Part shown: piece after piece, positions 50,501 to 58,513 of the stretch
How positions within the stretch are numbered: position 1 is the first letter of the stretch
Layout: the number at the start of each line of letters is the position of its first letter
NCBI GenBank assembly: GCA_026713825.1
Contig: JAPONS010000049.1
Coordinates: 64,340-128,339 of the forward strand
Source of the DNA: Chloroflexota bacterium
GTDB lineage: Bacteria; Chloroflexota; Dehalococcoidia; Lucifugimonadales; UBA1127
Direction of reading: 5' to 3'
Length of the DNA: 64,000 nt
Made by a program: the position numbers and the translations under genes
Notes under the pieces: model-generated
Told to the model about the DNA's origin: nothing
What the model saw: the letters and a program-made list of their open reading frames with translations, nothing else
The model's database searches: none

Positions 50501-51742
50501 ATGCTGCGGCCTTTAGCCCGCGTCCCGACGTTCCGTTCGGTCGTGAACCGCGACTGGCGTACGCTGTGGATGGCGGGCCACCTCTGGCACCTGGCGTTCT
50601 GGATGGACCTCATCGTCCTGGGTTGGCTGGTGCTGGAGCTGACCGACTCGCCGCTGCTGGTGGCGCTGGTGGGCACCTTTCGGCTCATCCCGCTGGGCGT
50701 TCTCGGCCCCATCGCTGGATCCGTAGGCGACCGGCTCTCCAAGAGGCGGATGCTGCTCTTCGCTCAGTCCATCAACATTACGGCCACGGTGGGCTTCACC
50801 CTCGTGCTGCTGGCGGGCCGGGAGCAGGTATGGCTGGTGTACACGGCAGCCATGCTGACCGGTACGGCATGGGCGATCGACTTCCCGGTGCGCCGGGCAT
50901 TCATTCGCGACCTGCTTCCCGGCAGGTTCGTGGTGAACGCGATGGCCATCGACGCTGCGTCGCTGACGGGCATGCAGATGGTCGGGCGATGGATCGGCGG
51001 GGGCATTCTCGCCATCGCGGACCCGACGGCCGCCTACGGCTTCCTGTCCCTGGGCTACCGGGTGGGGTTTGCCGCGCTGCTCCGCGTACCGGAAAGCGCA
51101 CATGGCCGAGTGCCCGCGCCGCCCGCCGGCAACCCTCTCGTCGCCGTGGCCAAGGACTTGGCGTCCGGGCTTGTGTACGTGCTGCGCAACCCCGTGTTGC
51201 GCAACGTCTTCCTGGTCACCGTGGCCATCAACCTCTTCATCGCGCCATACCTGCAGATCACACCGGTCTTCGCACGCGACGTCTTCGGCGTGGGACCGGC
51301 GCTGCTCGGCATCGTGAGCGGCATGGATGGCTTGGGCGCGCTGATCGGCACGATGGTCGTGGCGAGCATGGTGGGGTTGAAGCGGTTGGGGCGCCTCTTC
51401 ATTGGCGGGTGCCTGCTGCTCGGATTCTCTGTCGCCGTGTTCAGCCAAGTTCCGGCGGTCGAGCTTGCTATACCGGTGATGATTGTCGTGGGCTTTGGCG
51501 TGTCGGGCTTCGTGACGATGCAAACGACGATATCCGTGCTGCACGCGAGCCCCGAGATGCGCGGCCGCGCGATGGGGGCGGTCGCGCTCGGCATCGGCGG
51601 GATGCCCATTGGCATGGCGCTGCTGGGGTCGCTCGCCGAGGCCTATGGCGCGCCGATGGCCCTGGGCATGACGGCGTCGACCGGGCTCCTGCTGATTCTG
51701 GCTGTCGCGATCTTCCAGCCCGCGCTCCGCCGCGCGCAGTAG
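50501..51742 (+). CDS. MFS transporter (MFS_3/EntS-like)
   Basis: 12-TM profile; the N-terminal FRSVVNRDWRTLWMAGHLWHLAFWM and GSVGDRLSKRRML loop are typical of this MFS subgroup. Confidence 0.8.
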   Translation: MLRPLARVPTFRSVVNRDWRTLWMAGHLWHLAFWMDLIVLGWLVLELTDSPLLVALVGTFRLIPLGVLGPIAGSVGDRLSKRRMLLFAQSINITATVGFTLVLLAGREQVWLVYTAAMLTGTAWAIDFPVRRAFIRDLLPGRFVVNAMAIDAASLTGMQMVGRWIGGGILAIADPTAAYGFLSLGYRVGFAALLRVPESAHGRVPAPPAGNPLVAVAKDLASGLVYVLRNPVLRNVFLVTVAINLFIAPYLQITPVFARDVFGVGPALLGIVSGMDGLGALIGTMVVASMVGLKRLGRLFIGGCLLLGFSVAVFSQVPAVELAIPVMIVVGFGVSGFVTMQTTISVLHASPEMRGRAMGAVALGIGGMPIGMALLGSLAEAYGAPMALGMTASTGLLLILAVAIFQPALRRAQ

Positions 51743-51783
51743 CGGCGCATACCAGCGGGCGACGCGGCCCGCGCACCCTTCCG

Positions 51784-51792
51784 TGCTATGCT
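51784..51792 (+). promoter_or_regulatory. Extended -10 element TGCTATGCT upstream of the nucleotidyltransferase gene
   Basis: Lies 49 nt upstream of the GTG at 51841. A GAGGAG SD precedes the start. Confidence 0.35.
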
Positions 51793-51840
51793 GGATACGT
51801 GCGCCCACCGTCGGCAACGGGACGCGAGGAGACTGACGCC

Positions 51841-53121
51841 GTGCCGCTTGAGACCAACATCGCCACGCTCATGCAGGAGCGGCTGCCGCCGCCGCTGCTT
51901 GCCGCGCTGCGCGCCGCCGGCGAGGTCGGCGAGCCGCACGGCTTCCGCGTCTTCCTCGTCGGCGGCATGGTGCGCGACCTGCTCGCGGAGCGCCCCCCCG
52001 GCGACCCGGACCTGATGGTGCAGGGGCCGACGCTCTCCATGAACGCGGCGGCGGCATTCGCCGTCGTGCTTGCGAGCGCGCTGGACGGCAGCATCGGAAG
52101 GCCGTCGCTGTTCGGCACCATCAAGCTTGAGGTGGACGATCTGGCCGTTGACGTCGCGACGGCCCGCACGGAGACCTACGCGCACCCGGGGGCGCTGCCG
52201 ACCGTCAGCCCAGCGCCGGTTGAGGCTGACCTTGCGCGGCGGGACTTCACGGTGAACGCCATCGCGGTAGACCTCGCCCCTGCGCGGTTCGGCCGGACGC
52301 TGGACCCGCACGGCGGCTTCGGCGACCTGCGCCGCGGCGCGCTCGCCGTGCTGCACGACGGGAGCTTCGCCGACGACCCCACGCGGGCTTTTCGCGCCGC
52401 CCGCTACGAGGCCCGCCTCGGCCTGCGCATGACGCCCGCGACCGAGGCGGCGCTGCGGCGGGACATAGGCCACGTTGACGCCCTCAGCGGCGACCGGGTC
52501 CGCCACGAGATGGAGCGCGTATTCGCGGAGCGTGAGCCGGAGACGGCCCTCGCCCGCGCGGACGAGCTCGGCCTGCTGGAGGCGGCGATGCCGGGGCTCT
52601 CGTGGAGCGCGGCCCTGAGCGATGCGGCCCCGGCAGTGCGGGAGGCAGAGCCGTCCCTTCGGACAGCGGGTCCGACGGGGTGCCTCGCGCTGCTGGCGTC
52701 GCCGCTCTCGCACGATGACGCCGAGCAGCTCATCGAGCGGCTGAACGCGCCGAGGCCGTGGGCAAAGGTCATCGAGGACACTGCCCTGGTATGGGAGCAG
52801 CTTCCGTATATCGCGCCGGCGGGCGTTGCGCCCTCCGTCGTCTACGACATGCTGGAGGGGGCGTCGCCGGAGGCCGTGCTCGCGTGGGCCGCGCTCTCAA
52901 AGGGCGCCGTCGCAGCCCGCCTGCGCGACTACTACGACAACCTCCGGCACGTTCAACCGTTCCTGGGCGGAGACGACCTGCTGTCGCTCGGCGTACCGCA
53001 GGGGCCGCTGGTCGGCGAGCTGCTGCGGGAGCTGCTGAACGCGCGCCTCGACGGGCTCGCCGCCACGCGCGAGGACGAGGAGGCGCTGGTGCTGCGGCGC
53101 TTGTCATCGCGGGTAGAATGA
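51841..53121 (+). CDS. CCA-adding tRNA nucleotidyltransferase / poly(A) polymerase family protein
   Basis: Head-domain motifs VFLVGGMVRDLL...GDPDL and RRDFTVNAIA. The 5' part of track ORF 50566.. is an out-of-frame overlap with the MFS gene. Confidence 0.8.
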   Translation: MPLETNIATLMQERLPPPLLAALRAAGEVGEPHGFRVFLVGGMVRDLLAERPPGDPDLMVQGPTLSMNAAAAFAVVLASALDGSIGRPSLFGTIKLEVDDLAVDVATARTETYAHPGALPTVSPAPVEADLARRDFTVNAIAVDLAPARFGRTLDPHGGFGDLRRGALAVLHDGSFADDPTRAFRAARYEARLGLRMTPATEAALRRDIGHVDALSGDRVRHEMERVFAEREPETALARADELGLLEAAMPGLSWSAALSDAAPAVREAEPSLRTAGPTGCLALLASPLSHDDAEQLIERLNAPRPWAKVIEDTALVWEQLPYIAPAGVAPSVVYDMLEGASPEAVLAWAALSKGAVAARLRDYYDNLRHVQPFLGGDDLLSLGVPQGPLVGELLRELLNARLDGLAATREDEEALVLRRLSSRVE

Positions 53122-53153
53122 AGGCTATCACTCCATCCTGAAAGGAATGCGCA

Positions 53154-53507
53154 ATGCCAAAGGAAGCGTATGTCTACACCTGGAAGCGCTGAACCACCTG
53201 CCGCAAGGTGAGAGAGGTTCTCTCACAGGCAGGCGTGGAGGTCACAGAGCGTGACTTCTTTGAGGATCGGCTGTCCGAGGACGAGATTCGCGCGCTGGCG
53301 TCGGCGTCCTCGGCGACGGCTATGTTCTCGGCGAAAAGCCCCACGGTGAAGAAGCTGGGGCTCGACCCCGCGGCGCTGAGCGACGACGAGAAGGTGCAGC
53401 TCATGTCGGGCGAGCCGCGCCTCATCCGCCGGCCCATCGTCGTCATCGACGGCGTCACGTACCCCGGCGCGACGGTGAAGTCGCTGGCGGGGGTGCTGGG
53501 CGGCTAA
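53154..53507 (+). CDS. ArsC/Spx/YffB-family thiol oxidoreductase, probable selenoprotein (Sec encoded by TGA 53190-53192)
   Basis: ATG 53154 (AAGGA SD). Translation is MPKEAYVYTWKR-U-TTCRKVREVLSQAGVEVTERDFF..., continuous with track ORF 53208... This matches the family N-terminus (I/V)Y-x4-C-x2-C-(R/K)K-x-x3-L with U at the first Cys. The later IRRPIVV motif is also present. Confidence 0.7.
53197..53233 (+). promoter_or_regulatory. Bacterial SECIS-like stem-loop 4 nt downstream of the in-frame UGA
   Basis: Lower stem CCTGCC (53197-53202) / GGCAGG (53228-53233). Upper stem GTGAGAGA (53208-53215) / TCTCTCAC (53219-53226). Apical loop GGU (53216-53218). Confidence 0.6.
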
Positions 53508-53521
53508 CTCTCGAATCGCCC

Positions 53522-54406
53522 CTACGACTCAGCCTCCCCCTTCGTACGCGCTGTCTCACGGCGGCGGAAGAAGAGGTATTGCTGCGCGTAGCCCGCGTAC
53601 GGCCCGAATGCCTCGCGCGTCCATGCCCAAAGATCGCGGTAGCTGAGGCGCCGGCCGTCGAGATACCAGTCTTCCAATGCGCGCCGCACCCAGCGGTCGA
53701 TGGGCGCCGCGTCCAGTTGGTCCAGCGCGAAGAGGAGGACGCAGTCGGCGACCTTCTCGCCGACGCCGCGCAACGCCACCAGCGCGGCCTTCGCGTCCTC
53801 GTACGGCACGGCGCGGAGCGCGTGGAGGTCCACGCCGCCCGCGGCGACGGCCTCCGCCGTGGGCGCGACGTACTTCGCCCGGTAGCCGAGGCCAAGCTCG
53901 CGCAGGCGCGTCTCGCCCGCCGAGGCCAGCGCGGACGGCGTCGGGAACGCGCGGCGGGTCAGGGCGCCGAGCGTCACGGACTCCCCCAGCGTGTCCGCCA
54001 GCGTCTCCTGCATTTTCGCGATGCGCGGGATGTTGGAGTTCTGCGAGCAGATGAAGGCGATGAGGCACTCCCACGGGTCCTGCCGCAGGATGCGCAGCCC
54101 CCAGTGCTGGTGCACGGCCGCCGACAGCCGCTCGTCCTCGCAGAGATGCGCGTAGATGGCGGGGAGGTCGTCGTCGAGGCGGAAGTAGTCGCGGACGGCG
54201 CGGACGGCGTCGGGGTGCGCGTCGGGGTCGAAGGTGACGCGGAGGCCGTCGGCGTCACGCTCCAGCGTCAGCAGCCGGCCCTCGATGAAACCGCTCCAGA
54301 CGCCGCCGTCGTTGTGCCAGCGAAAGGCCTGGCCGCTCTCCAGCGTCAGCGGCAGGTCAAGCGGCTGGTCGACGGCGACGTGTGCGGCGGCGAGTGCGGT
54401 GGTCAT
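53522..54406 (-). CDS. ogg: 8-oxoguanine DNA glycosylase / HhH-GPD family (Ogg/AlkA-like)
   Basis: Start at MTTALAAAHV (residue 216 of the track ORF). LESGQAFRW N-domain, HhH-GPD region LRGVGEKVADCVLLF..D..PIDRWV. Confidence 0.8.
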   Translation of the reverse strand: MTTALAAAHVAVDQPLDLPLTLESGQAFRWHNDGGVWSGFIEGRLLTLERDADGLRVTFDPDAHPDAVRAVRDYFRLDDDLPAIYAHLCEDERLSAAVHQHWGLRILRQDPWECLIAFICSQNSNIPRIAKMQETLADTLGESVTLGALTRRAFPTPSALASAGETRLRELGLGYRAKYVAPTAEAVAAGGVDLHALRAVPYEDAKAALVALRGVGEKVADCVLLFALDQLDAAPIDRWVRRALEDWYLDGRRLSYRDLWAWTREAFGPYAGYAQQYLFFRRRETARTKGEAES

Positions 54407-54429
54407 CGGCAACAGTATACGGCGGCGGG

Positions 54430-57270
54430 CTAGCTCTTGCCCGCCGAGAGCCACCGCCGCACGATGTCCGGCATGTCTCGAAGCTGGGGTTGCTCCACCG
54501 TGCACTCCGGGAGCGAGCGCATGAAGAGGCTGCCGTAGGAGCGCGCGGTGAGCCGCCTGTCGAGGACGGCGACGACGCCGCGGTCGCTGGCCGTGCGGAT
54601 GAGGCGCCCGAAGCCCTGCCGGAAGCGCAGGACCGCCTGCGGGACGGCGTACTCCTTGAATGCGTCCTCGTACTCCTCCGAGCGGGCGGCGAAGACGGGC
54701 TCCGTCGGGACGTCGAACGGCAGGCGGGTGAGGGCGAGCACGGTGAGCGCGTCGCCGGCGAGGTCTACGCCCTCCCAGAAGCTGGCGGTGCCGAGCAGCA
54801 GCGCCTTGGGGTTGCCGAGGAACTCCTCGAGGAGCGTGGCGGGCGCGCCGTCGACGCCCTGAGCCAGGACGCGGATGTCCTCGCCTTCCAGCGCGGTCCG
54901 TGCCATCTCTGCCGCCGTCCGCAGCGCCGCGTGCGACGTGAACAGCGCCATTGTGTGCCCGCCTGCGGCCCTCGCCAGCTCCGAGACCGTTCGCGCGATG
55001 GTGGCGGCGTAGCCGGGGCTGTTCGGCTCCGGCATGTCCCTGGGGATGCACACCAGCGCGGACTGCGGGTAGTTGAAGGGCGATCCCAGCAGCAGCTCCT
55101 GGGCTTCGCGCAGGCCCAGCCGCTCCCGCAGCGGCTCGAAGCTCTCCGCCACCGTCAACGTGGCGCTCGTCAGGATGACGCTCTCGCGGCGCTCGAAAAG
55201 CTGCTCCCAGAGGGTTTCGCCGACGTGGAGCGGCGCGATGCAGAGGGCGACGTTGCTGAGCTGCGTGCCCTCGACCCAGAAGATGCTTTCGGCGTCCTGC
55301 TGGTACATGAACCGGTCGGCGTTGACGCGGAGCTCGATGAGCGAACCCTCCCGCGTCGCCAGCTCCGAGCGGATGGTGTCGTAGTCCGTGACGTCGTTCT
55401 CATCCAGCCCGTCGAGGGAGGCGTAGAAGGAGTTGAGCGTCCGCAGCAGGTCGCTGAGGGCGCTGCTCGGGTTCTCCCACGCCACCTCCAGCGCGGCCCA
55501 GTCCGGCTGCGCGCGGACGGCAGAGGTGACGCGGAGCGGGTTCTGCTGGCCCTGGACACCCTCGTTGCGGGCCTGCACGTATCGGATGAGACGCGGGAAG
55601 AACTCGTCGAGACGATCGCGCGCACGGCCCGCCGCCTGCACGACCTGCTCGGCGGCGTCGGCGGTGGCCTGCCGCCGGGACTGTGCGGCGGGCGACATGC
55701 GGAAGGCATTCACCGTCTCCATTACCAGCCCGCGCGGGTTCGCGAGCTCGTCAAGCAGCTCGGCCGCCTGCGCGTGGGCGACGCGGATGCTGAGCTGGCT
55801 GGTGGCCTCCGCCTCCAGGTGCTGCGCCTCGTCGACGATGAGGTAGTCGTAGTCGGGGATAAGGCCACCGCCCCTCGCGATGTCCGCCAGCAGCAGCGAG
55901 TGGTTCACGATGAGAATGGACGCGGCCTCTGCGCGGTCGCGGGCGGCGCGGAGGAAGCAGGCGCCCTCGCCCGCGGGGCACAGCCAGCTCCCCTGGGCGT
56001 TCAGCCGGTCCCAGACATTGTTGTCGGGGCGGGCCATGCGCAGGTCGGCGCGGTCGCCCGTCGCGGTATCCTGCAGCCACGTCGTCAGCTTGCCGAGGAA
56101 GCGGGCCTCGTCCACCGTCAGCGTCTGCGACGCCCGCATGTGCGACCATCGCCGCAGGCAGAGGTAGTTGGCGCGGCCCTTGAGCGTGGTGAAGCGCAGG
56201 CCGGCCGCGCCCGTGAGGCCCGCGGCCTCCAGGGTCTTCGCGGCGGTCTCGACGTCCTTGCCCGCTAGCTGCTCCTGCAGGCTGATGGTGTTGGTGGAGA
56301 CGACGACGCGCGTGTTGTTGCGCAGGGCGAAGGCCGCCGCCGGAAGGAGGTAGGCCATGCTCTTGCCGACACCCGTGCCCGCCTCCACGATGAGGTGATG
56401 GCCCTCCTCGAAAGCCTGCGACACCGCCCGCAGCATCTGCTCCTGCTCGACGCGGTGCTCGAACCTGCGGGCGACGGACGCGAGCGCGCCGCCCGGCCCG
56501 ACGAGGGCCGCCGCCATGTCCGCCGCGTCGTCGGGAAGCGAGTCGTTCGTGAGCGGCTCCGCTGCCGCAGTGCGCCGGGCCGGGCGGATGCGCCGCTCCA
56601 GTGCGACGGTGTCCACGCCGCCGAGGACCGACGTGCGGGCGTTGCCGCGCGCTGCCTGCTCCGACGATACGGCATTGAGGAGCGGCGCCAGGGGCCAGCT
56701 GGCCGCGCGGGCGAGGCGTGCAAGCTCGACCACGACGCCGGGGTCCGACTCCAGCGCAATGTCGACGAGCCGCTCGAACACCTGCTGCGTCGCGACGGCG
56801 TCGTCCAGGGCGCGGTGCGCGTTCCACGACCTTATGCCCAGCGAGCGCGCGAGCATGTTGAGGGCGTAATTGCCGCTCGGCAGCAGCATGGACGCGATGT
56901 CGCGGGTGTCCCACACGGGGCCGGGGAAGCGCACACCGGCCTTCGCGAGGAAACCGATGTCGAATGAAACATTATGTCCGATTATCGGCGCGTCGCCCAC
57001 AAAGTCGCGGACGCGGCCGGCGATGGCGGAGAAGGGCTGCGCGGCGTCCACCTCAGCCTGCTTGATGCCGGTCAGGCGCTGAATGAACGGGGAGAGCTTC
57101 CGCTTGGGGTTTGCCAACTCGGAGAGGGTCTCAACCGTCTCGCCGCGGCAGAACTTGACCGCGCCGACCTCGATGATGGTCTCAAGCTCGGGGTCGAGGC
57201 CGGTCGTTTCCAGGTCAAGGCAGACAAAGACATCATGCAGCGAAAGCTCGTCGGTGGAGAGAAGTGTCAC
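54430..57270 (-). CDS. dinG: DinG-family ATP-dependent helicase with N-terminal DnaQ-like 3'-5' exonuclease domain
   Basis: Exo motifs VCLDLETTGLDP and HRALDDAVAT. Helicase motifs EAGTGVGKS and IVDEAQHLE. C-terminal RAD3-like domain (FWEGVDL). Confidence 0.88.
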   Translation of the reverse strand: MTLLSTDELSLHDVFVCLDLETTGLDPELETIIEVGAVKFCRGETVETLSELANPKRKLSPFIQRLTGIKQAEVDAAQPFSAIAGRVRDFVGDAPIIGHNVSFDIGFLAKAGVRFPGPVWDTRDIASMLLPSGNYALNMLARSLGIRSWNAHRALDDAVATQQVFERLVDIALESDPGVVVELARLARAASWPLAPLLNAVSSEQAARGNARTSVLGGVDTVALERRIRPARRTAAAEPLTNDSLPDDAADMAAALVGPGGALASVARRFEHRVEQEQMLRAVSQAFEEGHHLIVEAGTGVGKSMAYLLPAAAFALRNNTRVVVSTNTISLQEQLAGKDVETAAKTLEAAGLTGAAGLRFTTLKGRANYLCLRRWSHMRASQTLTVDEARFLGKLTTWLQDTATGDRADLRMARPDNNVWDRLNAQGSWLCPAGEGACFLRAARDRAEAASILIVNHSLLLADIARGGGLIPDYDYLIVDEAQHLEAEATSQLSIRVAHAQAAELLDELANPRGLVMETVNAFRMSPAAQSRRQATADAAEQVVQAAGRARDRLDEFFPRLIRYVQARNEGVQGQQNPLRVTSAVRAQPDWAALEVAWENPSSALSDLLRTLNSFYASLDGLDENDVTDYDTIRSELATREGSLIELRVNADRFMYQQDAESIFWVEGTQLSNVALCIAPLHVGETLWEQLFERRESVILTSATLTVAESFEPLRERLGLREAQELLLGSPFNYPQSALVCIPRDMPEPNSPGYAATIARTVSELARAAGGHTMALFTSHAALRTAAEMARTALEGEDIRVLAQGVDGAPATLLEEFLGNPKALLLGTASFWEGVDLAGDALTVLALTRLPFDVPTEPVFAARSEEYEDAFKEYAVPQAVLRFRQGFGRLIRTASDRGVVAVLDRRLTARSYGSLFMRSLPECTVEQPQLRDMPDIVRRWLSAGKS

Positions 57271-57444
57271 GGACGTATCATGCTCCAGTTCTGGAGGTGG
57301 TGAACGACGGGGTGTAGGCCCCGGCGTCTTCTCGACTTGTCACTCTGCGGACATTCTACGGCAGCGCAAGCGCAGGCCGTCAACTATTGCGCCGCGCCGC
57401 GCGTCCTTTGGGAGGAGCAACGCCCCGCGATGTGGGCCGCTCGC

Positions 57445-58512
57445 CTACCCGCCGCGGCGCGCCCTCGGGTGCGCCGACACGTAGGTGCGGCGCGCGGCCG
57501 CCTGTGTGACGTGGGTATAGATCTCGGTGGTCGTGGGACTCGAATGGCCGAGGAACTCCTGCACCACGCGGAGGTCCGCGCCGCCGTCGAGGAGGTGCGT
57601 CGCAAACGAGTGGCGCAGCGTGTGCGGGTGCACGCGGGTATCGAGGCCGGAGCGGACGGCGTAGTTGCGCACGAGCTTCTGCACGCTGCGTGAGGTCAGC
57701 CGGCCGCCGCTCTTGTTGAGGAAGAGCGCGCCGCCGTCCCGCGCCGCCCGGAGTTCGGGGCGTCCATGACGCAGGTACGAGTCGACAGCGTTGGCCGCTT
57801 TGCCGCCAAGCAGCACCATCCGCTCCTTTGATCCCTTGCCCAGCACCTTGGCCTGACGCTGATCGAGGTAAACGTCGGAGACATCGAGGCCGGTGAGCTC
57901 GCTGACGCGGAGGCCGGCGCCGTAGAGGACCTCGAGCACCGCGCGGTCGCGCAGGCCGGCGGGCGTGTCGGGTTCCGGCTCCTCGACGAGCGTGGTGGCC
58001 TCCTCGACGTCGAGGAACGTCGGCAGGCGGCGCTGCGTGCGGGCGGTGGAGAGGAGGGCCGTCGGGTCGTTGGGGACGTCGCCCTGCCGCTTCAGCCATG
58101 CAAATAGCGTGCGCAGGGCGCTCAGCTTGCGGGTCACGCTCTTGGGCACGTAGCCGAGGGCGCCGCGTCGGGTGGCAGGGGGCTCGTGGCGGCCGCCGTT
58201 CATGGGGCGGGCGTCAGTCAGCAGCCAGTGCAGGTAGGTTCGCAGCATCGGCCGGTCGAGCGTCGAGAGGTCCGTGATGCCGCGGTCGTCGAGGAATTGC
58301 CAGAAAGGGAGCAGGTCCGTCAGGTAGTTGCGAACGGTGTATGGCGTCAGCCCGCGCTGCGCCTGCAGGTGGATGCGCAGTCGCTCGGCGATGGGCCGCG
58401 CCCAGTGGCCGCTGCCCGGGTCGCCGGGGAACTCGGGCCGCTCGCGCTCCACGACCGTCGCACCAGCGTGCGCTGAACGGGCGGGGTGTTGTCGGGTGTG
58501 CCCTTGCTGCAT
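57445..58512 (-). CDS. xerC: Tyrosine recombinase XerC/XerD family
   Basis: Catalytic region HPHTLRHSFATHLLDGGADLRVVQEFLGHSSPTTTEIYTHV. Immediately downstream of topA, as in conserved dprA-topA-xerC clusters. Confidence 0.8.
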   Translation of the reverse strand: MQQGHTRQHPARSAHAGATVVERERPEFPGDPGSGHWARPIAERLRIHLQAQRGLTPYTVRNYLTDLLPFWQFLDDRGITDLSTLDRPMLRTYLHWLLTDARPMNGGRHEPPATRRGALGYVPKSVTRKLSALRTLFAWLKRQGDVPNDPTALLSTARTQRRLPTFLDVEEATTLVEEPEPDTPAGLRDRAVLEVLYGAGLRVSELTGLDVSDVYLDQRQAKVLGKGSKERMVLLGGKAANAVDSYLRHGRPELRAARDGGALFLNKSGGRLTSRSVQKLVRNYAVRSGLDTRVHPHTLRHSFATHLLDGGADLRVVQEFLGHSSPTTTEIYTHVTQAAARRTYVSAHPRARRGG

Positions 58513-58513
58513 G

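Noticed and set aside
50566-51840. N-terminal 425 aa of the 851-aa track ORF 50566..53121.
   Set aside because: This part overlaps the MFS gene out of frame and is low-complexity. Nucleotidyltransferase homology starts at GTG 51841, which has its own SD. The N-terminal extensions of 16557.., 34232..35860, 53522..55051, 2383.. and 6006.. were trimmed for the same reason.
57445-58512. Tyrosine recombinase as the integrase of a mobile element.
   Set aside because: It is packed 1 nt downstream of topA in the conserved dprA-topA-xerC arrangement. There are no flanking att-like repeats, phage genes or compositional shift, so it is a housekeeping Xer-type recombinase.
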